DNA from: a virus
Reading direction: 5' to 3' (one strand)
Virus record (IMG/VR): IMGVR_UViG_3300038701_002504
Span: 19,235 to 83,234 of that record
Length of the DNA: 64,000 bases
Position 1 is the stretch's first letter. Each line of letters begins with the position of its first letter. The position numbers and the translations under genes are program-made. The notes below the pieces were generated by a model. It had not been told where the DNA came from and did no database searches. It saw nothing but the letters and a program-made list of their open reading frames with translations. This document shows, in pieces, positions 1-9,797 of the stretch.

Positions 1-21
1 TGCGAAGCATGTGAGGTATAA

Positions 22-255
22 ATGAACGAATTTTTAATCTTTATAATGGTTCTTTTCCACCCTTCTCCAGAATCAGAGGGAATTAAGATACCATTTACAA
101 TGAAACCAGCAATATATAATACAGCAAAAGAATGCGAATTGGAAAATATTAACAAAGTAAAGAAATATTTACAGGAATTTTCATCGCAAGAGAGATTAAT
201 AGCTCCGCGTGCTACAATTTTCGTCATATGTAAACCAAATGGAATTCCTACATAA
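22..255 (+). CDS. Hypothetical protein
   Basis: 77-aa ORF with GAGG RBS upstream; no recognisable motif. Confidence 0.5.
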   Translation: MNEFLIFIMVLFHPSPESEGIKIPFTMKPAIYNTAKECELENINKVKKYLQEFSSQERLIAPRATIFVICKPNGIPT

Positions 256-258
256 ATA
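251..258 (+). promoter_or_regulatory. T4-type late promoter variant (CATAAATA)
   Basis: One mismatch to TATAAATA, 17 nt upstream of the ORF at 276. Confidence 0.55.
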
Positions 259-275
259 ATCATAAAGGGTGTTTT

Positions 276-1775
276 ATGATTAATTTTAAAGAATTTTTAA
301 ATGAGCATATTGTAGTAGGGGATTTGAAAAAGTCTCCTACTGATTTGTATTATGTATCTCCAGGGAGGGATGACAAGTCAAAATTGTTCATCTATCCAAA
401 AATCAAAGATATGCAATATGATTTTAAAATGGTATATACTGAAAAAGGTTTCGATGTCATTGATGAAGCTATATCTCTATGGGACAAGACAGAAAAATAT
501 CCATACCCAGAATTAAAAAAGATATTGATGTCAAAATCAAAAGAGATTATGCAAAATACATATCTAAAAGCTGAGGAAATTTTAGATAAGAATTTGGTGT
601 TAGAAATTGAAAAACAGTTTAATAAACCCGAAAACATTCAACGCGCTATGGAAAGTCTGAGTTCAAGTATAACATATTCAGGATTTCTGAATAATTATGA
701 TTCATACAGAGATTATGCGAAGAAAAACACAAATTCTTATGGTAGAATAATCGTAACATTACAGTCAATATATAAAATTATCGTTAATACAAACACAAAA
801 TCTATATATCCTGAATCAAACCCTATTCAACTTGCTTCAAGAATTGGAAAAATAGGATACGATGGCCAAAGCAAACAGACGTATATTATTCCTATGTCTG
901 AGGTTTCTATTGATTCTCCCAGAGAAATATATAAAATACTTCAATCATTGGTAAAAAAATATCCAGAATTAGCCAATTATTCATATATTGATGCTATGTC
1001 CAGATCACAAGAAAGAACTTTAATCAAAGATGTTCTTGATGGCGCAGGCGAAGTTGGCAAAATGAACACTTCATATAATAACATGTTTTCTCGAAGAAAT
1101 TCTATCACAGTCTATCATGGAACATCTGAAAAAATTTATAATGATTATATTAAAAATAGCGGATTACAACCTGATAAAGGACACCATTATAGCGACAAAA
1201 TTATGGGACATTCTGATAAAAATGTATATTTCACAGCAAATATAGGTGATGCTCGAAAATATGCAGTAAGAGCTTCTGGTGCAAGCTCTAGATCAATGGT
1301 TCTTGAAGTTAAAATTACTGATTTCGATAAAATCACATTTGATGAAGATAATATGTATGGCGCACTGAGAAGAATACCTGAAAAAATTATGAAAGAAATA
1401 AAAGTTAGATTTTACAATCTCTATCTTCAGAATGATACAATATGGCCATTTGAACACACAAAAGAACATGTTGCAGACGTTGGTTTAGATCAAACAGAAA
1501 TTTCTATTCATAGCTTAAAATACAATCTAGAAAAAAATCCTGGTAATATGAAATTGATAAAACCACTATTAGATTTCATTGGATATTATGCTGTGAAAGG
1601 CTCAACATTTACTTTCGCATATAATGGAATTATCTCTCCACGCGATATTAAAGTGAAAGAGACATTTAAATCAAAAGCATATAAAGATTCTGGCGGAGAG
1701 GCGGGCGACTGGGAAACAAAGAATTTCAAAAAGAAATATTCAGGGATTTTGAAAAGTTTCAAATCAGGAAAATAA
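276..1775 (+). CDS. Putative head-packaged protein with C-terminal H-Y-type ADP-ribosyltransferase-like domain
   Basis: N-terminus MINFKEFLNE resembles the T4 capsid-targeting sequence. C-terminal half has VYHGTS...SGL...VYFT...ARKYA...VLEV, the strand order of H-Y-class ART/Tpt1-like folds. Confidence 0.6.
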   Translation: MINFKEFLNEHIVVGDLKKSPTDLYYVSPGRDDKSKLFIYPKIKDMQYDFKMVYTEKGFDVIDEAISLWDKTEKYPYPELKKILMSKSKEIMQNTYLKAEEILDKNLVLEIEKQFNKPENIQRAMESLSSSITYSGFLNNYDSYRDYAKKNTNSYGRIIVTLQSIYKIIVNTNTKSIYPESNPIQLASRIGKIGYDGQSKQTYIIPMSEVSIDSPREIYKILQSLVKKYPELANYSYIDAMSRSQERTLIKDVLDGAGEVGKMNTSYNNMFSRRNSITVYHGTSEKIYNDYIKNSGLQPDKGHHYSDKIMGHSDKNVYFTANIGDARKYAVRASGASSRSMVLEVKITDFDKITFDEDNMYGALRRIPEKIMKEIKVRFYNLYLQNDTIWPFEHTKEHVADVGLDQTEISIHSLKYNLEKNPGNMKLIKPLLDFIGYYAVKGSTFTFAYNGIISPRDIKVKETFKSKAYKDSGGEAGDWETKNFKKKYSGILKSFKSGK

Positions 1776-1778
1776 ATA

Positions 1779-1806
1779 TGTACATTGTTGAGAAATAGTG
1801 TATATT
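1779..1806 (+). promoter_or_regulatory. Sigma70-like early promoter TGTACA-N16-TATATT
   Basis: Motif recurs upstream of several accessory clusters; 26 nt identical to the minus-strand copy at 57613-57638. Confidence 0.65.
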
Positions 1807-1837
1807 TAATATTATAGAAACAAACTGGAGATATGAT

Positions 1838-1930
1838 ATGACTGCTATTAGATTTGCTATTGCTGAATTTTTGGTTCGACCAGAAGGTCTTTTTTATCTT
1901 CTTGTAATCGCAGAGCGAATTTTTTCGTAA
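1838..1930 (+). CDS. Small hydrophobic ORF (30 aa, not in ORF track)
   Basis: GGAG RBS, first ORF after the early promoter, TAATG overlap with the next ORF. Confidence 0.4.
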   Translation: MTAIRFAIAEFLVRPEGLFYLLVIAERIFS

Positions 1931-2103
1931 TGAAAAAATTGACTCGAGTAATGGTAAAGAGCTCTCCAAATCATTCAGAAGAAATTGGAGAGCTCCTCGA
2001 AACCACAACTAAAGGTGTAAAGGTTCTTTGGCCAAATAGGTCAATTGGAATTTATACTTTCGAAACGAATGATATTGTTTTCATAGGAGAAAATAATGAG
2101 TAA
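1930..2103 (+). CDS. Small hypothetical protein (57 aa, not in ORF track)
   Basis: MKKLTRVMVK...GENNE read manually; overlaps neighbours on both sides. Confidence 0.45.
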   Translation: MKKLTRVMVKSSPNHSEEIGELLETTTKGVKVLWPNRSIGIYTFETNDIVFIGENNE

Positions 2104-2290
2104 ATTTCTTGATAAATTAGCTTTTGTGCTATCTATTGCAACAGTACTTGGCATCATGTTTATTAATGTGCTGCCAGAAATTTCTATTCTAACACTTTTG
2201 ACGATTGGATTTATCGCGTATTTCGCATTTTTAAATATCGTTACGTGGTTTAAACCTGAAATTTTCAGTGAAAGTGTAATGAAAAAATAA
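2096..2290 (+). CDS. Small two-TM membrane protein
   Basis: Two hydrophobic stretches; GGAG RBS. Confidence 0.55.
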   Translation: MSKFLDKLAFVLSIATVLGIMFINVLPEISILTLLTIGFIAYFAFLNIVTWFKPEIFSESVMKK

Positions 2291-2302
2291 TGAGGTAGCT
2301 AA

Positions 2303-2812
2303 ATGAAGTATTATGCTGGAATCGGAGCAAGAAAAACTCCAAAAATTACATTAGATGAAATGAAAGTGATTGCGAGTATTCTTTCGAAAGAAGGATATAC
2401 GCTTCGTTCCGGTGGTGCTCATGGAGCTGATCAGGCTTTCGAAAAAGGTTGTAAAGGGCCGAAGGAAATTTATATTCCATGGTTTCTCTTCAATGGCTAT
2501 ATTGAAGATGATCAAATTTTCAATGCAGCACGCTTAAACAATTATCAGGAAGCGAAGACAATAGCAGCAAAATTTCATCCAACATGGAATACATTGTCTT
2601 CTACTTCACGTAAATATCACACAAGAAATGTGTATCAAATTCTTGGAAAAGATCTGAACACACCTTCAAATCTTGTTGTGTGCTGGACTTCTGACGGAAA
2701 AGCCTCTGGAGGAACTGGTCAAGCATTACGAATGGCAAAACATTACAAAATACCAATCATAAATCTGAAAATTCACTCATTTGACTTACACAATCTAAGT
2801 CAATTTCAATAA
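2303..2812 (+). CDS. SLOG-superfamily (DprA/Smf-like) protein
   Basis: YAGIGARKTP, LRSGGAHGADQAFE and SGGTGQALRMA motifs. Confidence 0.7.
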   Translation: MKYYAGIGARKTPKITLDEMKVIASILSKEGYTLRSGGAHGADQAFEKGCKGPKEIYIPWFLFNGYIEDDQIFNAARLNNYQEAKTIAAKFHPTWNTLSSTSRKYHTRNVYQILGKDLNTPSNLVVCWTSDGKASGGTGQALRMAKHYKIPIINLKIHSFDLHNLSQFQ

Positions 2813-2827
2813 GAGAAAGATTATATT

Positions 2828-3493
2828 ATGAATATTGAGAAAATTGTAGAAGTACTCATCGTAGTAGCTTTATCTATTGTCCTTACGACAGTAACTTACC
2901 TTATTGGTCTTCAATTAGGATGGATTCTTCTTATTGACAATATTGAATTTATTGGTGTTGTCCTGAATTATTCATGCGTTATTCTTACTGTTCGGCAAAA
3001 CATCTGGGCATGGCCTATTGGTATTTTAGCTGTAATTTTTCTGGGAATTCTTTTCTGGAATTATTCTCTATATTCAAGTTTAGCTCTTTCCATTCTTTAC
3101 TTCCTTCCGGTTCAGTTTCTTGGCTGGTGGGCGTGGCTTAAAGGCGGTAAAGATCGAACTGAATTAAATGTCTCAAATCTCACATTCAACCAATGGGGTA
3201 TGATTATTATTAGTGTACTTCCTCTATATTTTGGTGTATCATATCTTAATGTGTTTTTAGGTGGAGCCTCTCCATTTCTTGACACTGCAATTTTGATTGT
3301 TTCAATTCTTGCTCAATATCTTCTTATCTGGAAGAAAATTGAGAGTTGGGGAGCTTGGATTATTGTGAATATTGTGTCGATCTATGTTTATGGTACAACT
3401 GGAGCGTTCCTACTAGCAACACAATATCTATTATTCCTTGGAAATGCCGTATATGGATACATCATGTGGAAAAAGGATTCGAAAAATGTCTAG
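2828..3493 (+). CDS. pnuC: Nicotinamide riboside transporter PnuC
   Basis: Multi-TM protein with RQNIWAWPIG, QFLGWWAW, AQYL and ESWGAWIIVN motifs; directly upstream of nadR. Confidence 0.85.
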   Translation: MNIEKIVEVLIVVALSIVLTTVTYLIGLQLGWILLIDNIEFIGVVLNYSCVILTVRQNIWAWPIGILAVIFLGILFWNYSLYSSLALSILYFLPVQFLGWWAWLKGGKDRTELNVSNLTFNQWGMIIISVLPLYFGVSYLNVFLGGASPFLDTAILIVSILAQYLLIWKKIESWGAWIIVNIVSIYVYGTTGAFLLATQYLLFLGNAVYGYIMWKKDSKNV

Positions 3494-4526
3494 AATTGCA
3501 ATCACGCTTGGAAAGTTCTATCCTTTTCACGAAGGTCATAAAGCATTAATAGATTTTATGCTTGAATATCCGTTGGATTTTGATGAACATTTCACATTGG
3601 TATGTGGAAAACCTGGAGATTTAATTCCAACTAAAGTGCGATTTGAGGCAGTACGTCAATATAATCACAGAAATAATTATGATGTTGATTATATTGACGA
3701 CCCTGATATGCCAGATTATCCAAAGGATGATGTAGACTTTTGGGAAAAATGGGTGAATGTAATTGAAAAAAATCTGTGGAAAGATACAGATGAAGTTTAT
3801 CTTTTTACATCCGAAGTATACGGCGAACAGTTTGCTCGAGAGATTCAAGCAAGAATTCCATATGTAAAGAAATGTGTTCATATTCCATTTGATCCAGATC
3901 GAACATCTTATTCTATTTCTGGATCTGAAATTAGGGATGATTTTCTCAATATGGAATATGCTGTTGACAAACATATTATCAATTATTTGACTAAATATGT
4001 TTATTTTGTCGGGGCAGAGTCCACAGGTAAAACTACAACAGCTAAAAGAATTTCAAATAGAATTCTTTCCTCGCTATATGTGTCTGAATATGCTCGCGGA
4101 TATCTTGAAATGAAGGGTGCTCGATTAACGCCTGAAAAATTTCATGATATCATTAATGGCCAATATGCACAGGAATTATCATCTACTAGATCTTGTCATC
4201 TGTTCAAATTTTATGACACATGTCTTATCACAACCTATGGCTGGGCTAAACTGTATTATCCTGAAATTGCTTTCTATATTAAAAAAATGTTTGACCTGAA
4301 AGCAATTTACACTAGCAGAAATACTCTTTTTGTGATGATGGATGATGACATTCCATTCACGCCTGATAGTTTACGATATGGTGTGGATAAAAGAGATACA
4401 ACAACAGAATATTGGGCAAGTATTCTGAACGAATTCGATATTCCATTTGTGATGTATAATCGTGAAATGGAAAACAAAATTATTGACGTATTTAACGAAA
4501 AGGGTTTATATAATGGAATTTCCTGA
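3486..4526 (+). CDS. nadR: NadR-like NMN adenylyltransferase / ribosylnicotinamide kinase (no HTH)
   Basis: GKFYPFHEGH (HxGH) N-domain, ISGSEIR, P-loop GAESTGKTT C-domain; start moved to MSRIAI. Confidence 0.85.
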   Translation: MSRIAITLGKFYPFHEGHKALIDFMLEYPLDFDEHFTLVCGKPGDLIPTKVRFEAVRQYNHRNNYDVDYIDDPDMPDYPKDDVDFWEKWVNVIEKNLWKDTDEVYLFTSEVYGEQFAREIQARIPYVKKCVHIPFDPDRTSYSISGSEIRDDFLNMEYAVDKHIINYLTKYVYFVGAESTGKTTTAKRISNRILSSLYVSEYARGYLEMKGARLTPEKFHDIINGQYAQELSSTRSCHLFKFYDTCLITTYGWAKLYYPEIAFYIKKMFDLKAIYTSRNTLFVMMDDDIPFTPDSLRYGVDKRDTTTEYWASILNEFDIPFVMYNREMENKIIDVFNEKGLYNGIS

Positions 4527-5634
4527 ACTGTATAAAAAAGATGAAAATGAAAACATTCGCGTATGGTGGATGGAAGTAGAAGAAGATCGATATCGCGCAC
4601 ATTCTGGTGTATTGGGTGGTAAGATTGTGACTTCTAAATGGAAAACTGCTATTCCAAAAAATGAGGGTAAAACAAACTCTACAACCGGTGCTGAACAAGC
4701 ATTATCTGAAATTGAAGCGAAATATACGTTTCAGAAATTTCAGGGAAAGTATTTTGAAACCGTTGAGGAAGCACAGAAAACAAAGGCACAATATTTTAAT
4801 CCTATGCTTGCTAAAAAATATGAGGATGTTAATTTTACATTTCCTATTTTTGCACAACCAAAGCTTGATGGTGTGAGATGCATTGCCACTAAAGAAGGAC
4901 TGTTTTCGCGTAATGGAAAACGCCTTGTCGCGACACCTCATATTTCAGAAGCGCTTGAGGAGTTTTTTGATAACAATCCAGAAGCAGTTCTTGATGGAGA
5001 ACTTTATAATCATGAACTAAAACACGATTTTGAGCGAATTATTTCTCTTGCTCGTAAAACAAAGCCAACAGATCTTGATTTAGAAGAGTCTGAAATGATT
5101 CAATATCACATCTATGATATTGTCTCAGACAAAACATTTAATGATAGGTTCTACACAGCTAAAGATGATATTGAGGCAATTCTAACTTCAGCTTATGATT
5201 TTGGTTGTATTAAGATTGTTGATACATTTCTTGTTGATTCTCAGGAAATGCTTGATATGTATTATGGTAAATTTCTTGAGGATGGCTATGAAGGTCAAAT
5301 GCTTCGTGACACTTCTACCGGATATGAACAGAAGAGGTCAAAGTCTCTTCTAAAGCGTAAAGAATTTGAGGATGCTGAATTTGAGATTGTTTCTATTGAA
5401 GAAGGAATCGGAAATTGGGCAGGATACGCAAAAGTATGTGTGATTCGCCTTGAGGATGGCACAACTCAGAAAGCGTCTCTACGAGGAAACTTCAAGGATA
5501 ATAAAAAACTTCTTGATGAAAGAGAAGAATATGCTGGAGGTGAAGCAACCGTTCGTTATCAGAACCGCACATCAGATGGAAAATTACGATTTGGTGTTGT
5601 AACAGCTTTTTATAAAAATAAGCGCGATCTATGA
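4513..5634 (+). CDS. ATP-dependent DNA ligase
   Basis: QPKLDGVRC (KxDG), LDGELY, YEGQMLR, LLKRK motifs; start moved to MEFPEL. Confidence 0.92.
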   Translation: MEFPELYKKDENENIRVWWMEVEEDRYRAHSGVLGGKIVTSKWKTAIPKNEGKTNSTTGAEQALSEIEAKYTFQKFQGKYFETVEEAQKTKAQYFNPMLAKKYEDVNFTFPIFAQPKLDGVRCIATKEGLFSRNGKRLVATPHISEALEEFFDNNPEAVLDGELYNHELKHDFERIISLARKTKPTDLDLEESEMIQYHIYDIVSDKTFNDRFYTAKDDIEAILTSAYDFGCIKIVDTFLVDSQEMLDMYYGKFLEDGYEGQMLRDTSTGYEQKRSKSLLKRKEFEDAEFEIVSIEEGIGNWAGYAKVCVIRLEDGTTQKASLRGNFKDNKKLLDEREEYAGGEATVRYQNRTSDGKLRFGVVTAFYKNKRDL

Positions 5635-5807
5635 TAACAACTTACTATTTATTAGGTGCATTGATTTGCCATACTCTACTTTTACAGTGGATAAATGGCA
5701 AATCAATGATGCCAATACAACCTCTATTGCAAATGGCATTAGCTTTAGTATCTCTGGCGTGGCCCCTTTTATTAGTTGCTTATATTATAGATCTTATGCA
5801 AAAGTAG
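5631..5807 (+). CDS. Small membrane protein with WP motif (58 aa, not in ORF track)
   Basis: ATGA overlap with ligase stop; hydrophobic; LAWPLLL. Confidence 0.45.
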   Translation: MITTYYLLGALICHTLLLQWINGKSMMPIQPLLQMALALVSLAWPLLLVAYIIDLMQK

Positions 5808-5836
5808 TGTACATTGAACATCTTTTAGTTTATATT
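5808..5836 (+). promoter_or_regulatory. Early promoter TGTACA-N17-TATATT
   Basis: Same motif family as 1779. Confidence 0.6.
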
Positions 5837-5857
5837 AAAAGATGAAAGGAATATTAT

Positions 5858-6283
5858 ATGTTTGTAAGTGATAAAGTAGATAACGCAATGATCAAAATCA
5901 CTCTGGACTTTGATCCAGAGACTGGTTCTTTTCAGCTTATTGAAGAAAATGGAGCTCTTGAACTTTATTGCAATAAACATCATATTTCACGACCTGAATT
6001 AGCATTTCTTATGGGTATTTGCAAAGTAAATGATTACTATGCTGATAGATATATCGAATTTATAGATGAAACATATTACATGACAAACAATCCGGCATTC
6101 TATCGTCATTGGTGTAAAGCTGTTATCGATATTTCTTTTACATATCTATACACTAAAGTCGAAAATTTTTATTCTTCTCAGGGATTGAAGGGTAAAAAAC
6201 TGGAGAATAAATGTATAAAAGTGGTTTTTGATGCATATAACAAATTTGTGGATGGCGAGGATGAATGGTATATTTTTTCATAA
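5858..6283 (+). CDS. Hypothetical protein
   Basis: 141-aa ORF with RBS after the promoter. Confidence 0.55.
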   Translation: MFVSDKVDNAMIKITLDFDPETGSFQLIEENGALELYCNKHHISRPELAFLMGICKVNDYYADRYIEFIDETYYMTNNPAFYRHWCKAVIDISFTYLYTKVENFYSSQGLKGKKLENKCIKVVFDAYNKFVDGEDEWYIFS

Positions 6284-6531
6284 TTTATTGCATTGGAGTG
6301 ATAATAGTTGCTCCAATGATGTATTACAAATATGTTTTAGAAAATACAAGAAATAAAACTAAAACAGATATGTTTCAAATGTGCGACATATTTTTTTCGG
6401 CTTTTCTTTGGCCTATTGTTATGCCATTTTTATTTTTGGAAATAGTAATCAGTAAAACAATAGATATATTTTATTCTATTCATATTACGCTTTATAATTT
6501 TTTTGAAAAGAGAGTGAAAGAGAAAAAATGA
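6265..6531 (+). CDS. Small membrane protein, YxIG...LWP family
   Basis: Two hydrophobic helices, AFLWPIVMP. Confidence 0.55.
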   Translation: MVYFFIIYCIGVIIVAPMMYYKYVLENTRNKTKTDMFQMCDIFFSAFLWPIVMPFLFLEIVISKTIDIFYSIHITLYNFFEKRVKEKK

Positions 6532-8501
6532 AATATGATGTGATTGAACGAGAAATCAAAACATCTAGTGAAAATGCCAAGAAAATCAAGTTAAAGGCTG
6601 GATCCAAGGCCTTTAAAATTCTTTTTGGTAGTATCTATAAAGACATCATTAAAGGTGTCGTACGAGAACTCTTCACAAACGGATGGGATTCTCAAAAGAT
6701 GGCCGGCACACTGGATATTCCAATTCAAATTCACGCTCCATCTAAATTTGAACCATATTTCTCAATCAGAGATTTTGGAACTGGTATGACACCGGAAATT
6801 GTTGATGAAATCTATTCAGTTGGTTTTGCATCAACAAAAGATGATTCAAATGAACAAGCGGGTTTCATGGGTCTTGGATCAAAGACTCCACTTGGATATA
6901 GCGATATCTTTTCTCTTGTTTCATATGTTGATGATAAATACTACGCATACGAGATTTATCTTGATGGCGATGGTGACCCTGTCATTAATCTTCAGGATAG
7001 TGGTGATACAACAGAACATAATGGTGTTCTTGTTCAGCTTCCAGTTGAAGATGGTGACATCCTGCACTTCACTAAGATGATTAATGACTTTGTTATTATG
7101 TCTACTGCAAATGTGAAGATCGATGGTAAAAAGATCGAAAATAATCTAGAGATTGATTTCATTTCATCAGAAGGTCATAAAATTTATGTATCTGACGCGT
7201 TTTCAGGTGTTTATTTGAAAATGGGTTGTGTTCTATATAAGTATTCGAATGACAATGCATATCATCTTAGAATTCCAGATAAGTTGAATCTTATTATGGA
7301 TTTTCCTATTGGTACTTTCAATGTGACTGCGTCTCGTGATGATATCATTTATAATAATACTGTTGAGAATCTAATTAAAGAATCATACACCAAGTTTCTG
7401 GAAGAATATAAAATCCACTTTGAAAAGAAATTAGAAAAATTCCGAACATTTATTGATGCGAACACATATGTTCACCAACATCGAAATTTGCTAAACACTT
7501 TATATGGATATAATGTATTTTTTAAATGGCGTTCTACCGAAATAAACGGTAGAGATACTGATTATGTTCAAAAATTCAGGTTTAAACATCGTGGATACGA
7601 TATTACACCACTATCATTTAGATGGGGTTCTAATAAACCAAATTTTAAGAGATCGGCCGAAAAATATAATAAGAATAAGACCTTCATATCAAAATATATA
7701 GCATTTTTTGATGATGGTTCAAATAAAAATGTATATTATAAAATTCAGAGATATATTGAAGAGTATAATAAGAGTGATACTCAATATGTCTACATTAAGG
7801 GAGATAGTAGAAAAAATCTGAAATTTCTTCTATTGACATACAGTCTTGGTGTTACAACTGTTGTTGATCTATCACTTCTGGATTATAAGTGTCCTAAAAA
7901 AATAGTTGAAAAAGAGAAAAAACATTATGTAAGAATGTGCAATTCAAGGTGTACTCCAGGCAGTACACGTGATATAAGTAATATCGAAAAGGATGATGTT
8001 TACCATTTCATCTTTAAAGATGATGATGAATCTATTGTAGATAGTGCAATTAATTACTTTGAATTAAATCACGAAGATGTTATTTATGCATATAAGAAAG
8101 ACATAAGCTATTTCAATAAACATCCAGGACACTTTGTCAATTTGATTGAGACATTCAAAGCTTCAGCAGAAACATTGAATTTTTCTGATTTAGAAATCGA
8201 TGAATACATTTTCAATTCAGAACAAAATTATCGCGAAAAAAATATGTTGTATTTTATCTTTCATGATAAAGTAGATTCATTTAAGAAAAAAAATATCATT
8301 TCAAAAATGAATTTGAAATGGCTTTCTGATAATGCGAGAGATAAAATTGAGAAGAGAATTCAAGAGATAAACGACATCCAGGAAAATTTAAAAAACCAAT
8401 ATTATTATGATATGCTTGTTGCATATTCCAGCAGATTTGGTGATAAAGAGCATAGAGAAAACACAATTAAACTTTTGAGAAAAGCAGGAGAAATCACATG
8501 A
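6528..8501 (+). CDS. rIIA: RIIA protein
   Basis: GHKL/HSP90-like N-terminus (VRELFTNGWD, IRDFGTGMT, GFMGLGSK); followed by rIIB. Confidence 0.88.
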   Translation: MKYDVIEREIKTSSENAKKIKLKAGSKAFKILFGSIYKDIIKGVVRELFTNGWDSQKMAGTLDIPIQIHAPSKFEPYFSIRDFGTGMTPEIVDEIYSVGFASTKDDSNEQAGFMGLGSKTPLGYSDIFSLVSYVDDKYYAYEIYLDGDGDPVINLQDSGDTTEHNGVLVQLPVEDGDILHFTKMINDFVIMSTANVKIDGKKIENNLEIDFISSEGHKIYVSDAFSGVYLKMGCVLYKYSNDNAYHLRIPDKLNLIMDFPIGTFNVTASRDDIIYNNTVENLIKESYTKFLEEYKIHFEKKLEKFRTFIDANTYVHQHRNLLNTLYGYNVFFKWRSTEINGRDTDYVQKFRFKHRGYDITPLSFRWGSNKPNFKRSAEKYNKNKTFISKYIAFFDDGSNKNVYYKIQRYIEEYNKSDTQYVYIKGDSRKNLKFLLLTYSLGVTTVVDLSLLDYKCPKKIVEKEKKHYVRMCNSRCTPGSTRDISNIEKDDVYHFIFKDDDESIVDSAINYFELNHEDVIYAYKKDISYFNKHPGHFVNLIETFKASAETLNFSDLEIDEYIFNSEQNYREKNMLYFIFHDKVDSFKKKNIISKMNLKWLSDNARDKIEKRIQEINDIQENLKNQYYYDMLVAYSSRFGDKEHRENTIKLLRKAGEIT

Positions 8502-9481
8502 TTCCATATACAATTACACCTCGTGGAGTATCTTTCATCATTGAAGGTCGTCCACGCAACATTTTAAACAGCCATCCAATGTTCGATAAAATTATTGAGG
8601 CAATTCATTCATATGATATTAATTTGCTTAAAGAACTATGTGATCTTGGTAAATTCGTTGCTAAGATTTCACATGGAGCAGTTCAGATTAATGATGACGA
8701 AGTTCGTTATAATGGTATGAAGGTAAATCAATATCTTGCTGAACGTATTATTGAACATTGGAAGAAAGACTTTCCAATCGAACCTCTCTGTAATTTTACA
8801 GAGCGCTTAATGCAAAATCCTACTTTTGACGTGCGCGAAGACCTATTCCGTTGGCTTGAAAATGGTAATATGCCGGTTTGTTCAAATGGTAATTTTATCG
8901 CGTATAAATTTGTGCGTTCTAATTTCACTCCAATTCATAATGGTCCATATGGACAAGATCAGTCTGTCGGACAAACGGTTGAGATGCCACGCGAAGCATG
9001 TGATAGTAATCGAAATTCAACGTGTTCAACAGGTCTTCATTTCTGTTCTTTTGAATATCTTCCATCATTTGGATATGATAGAAGTGGTAATGTAGTTATT
9101 ATCCTGGAAATTGATCCTGCTGATGTAGTGGCAATCCCAACCGATTATAATCTTTCAAAGGGCCGCACCTGTAAGTTCAAAGTGATTGGTACAGTACATC
9201 ATGAAGATGCAAAGGAAATCATGGGTTCAAATATATATGATTACGATTATAATGATGAAGATTTTGATGATTATAACGATGAGGTTGATGAAGAGGAAGA
9301 TTATAATGATCACATCATGTATTTCTATCATAAAGCGACTAATCAGACATTTTCAAGTGATGATCTGATGCTGATGAAGGATGAATTGGGAACATACGCA
9401 GCAATGTCTCGTCAAACTAGAGTTCCTGCTGATACAATTAGTGGTTGGTATTCAAAAATCGTAAAGGCTGGTTTATGCTAA
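8498..9481 (+). CDS. rIIB: RIIB protein
   Basis: FIAYKFVR, CSTGLHFCSFEYL, DVVAIPTDY, KGRTCKFKV motifs; acidic linker then HTH-like tail. Confidence 0.88.
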   Translation: MIPYTITPRGVSFIIEGRPRNILNSHPMFDKIIEAIHSYDINLLKELCDLGKFVAKISHGAVQINDDEVRYNGMKVNQYLAERIIEHWKKDFPIEPLCNFTERLMQNPTFDVREDLFRWLENGNMPVCSNGNFIAYKFVRSNFTPIHNGPYGQDQSVGQTVEMPREACDSNRNSTCSTGLHFCSFEYLPSFGYDRSGNVVIILEIDPADVVAIPTDYNLSKGRTCKFKVIGTVHHEDAKEIMGSNIYDYDYNDEDFDDYNDEVDEEEDYNDHIMYFYHKATNQTFSSDDLMLMKDELGTYAAMSRQTRVPADTISGWYSKIVKAGLC

Positions 9482-9530
9482 CTTTTATAATTATGTTGGT
9501 GATATTCATATTAATTTTAAGGAAAGTAAA

Positions 9531-9797
9531 ATGGAAATGAAAGTTGGAGAAACAAAAGATTTAACTCCCGAGGAGTTTGAGAATATCGAATATAGTGATT
9601 CTTATAAAGAAATTGAAAGCGAGATTGTAGATCAGTCTCGCTGGGAGACCTGGCATACTTCAGTTTATGAAAAAGACGGAGAGTTTTTTCGAGTAGATTA
9701 TAGTAGAGGATCCACAGAATATCAAGACGAAGGACCTCAGAATATCACAATTCAGAGGGTTGAGAAAAAAGAAAAAATTATTTGGGTTTATGAATAA
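9531..9797 (+). CDS. Hypothetical protein
   Basis: 88-aa acidic ORF with AAGGA RBS. Confidence 0.6.
   Translation: MEMKVGETKDLTPEEFENIEYSDSYKEIESEIVDQSRWETWHTSVYEKDGEFFRVDYSRGSTEYQDEGPQNITIQRVEKKEKIIWVYE

Noticed and set aside
9240-9310. GAT/GAA-rich low-complexity repeat
   Set aside because: Encodes the acidic linker of RIIB; not an independent repeat element.
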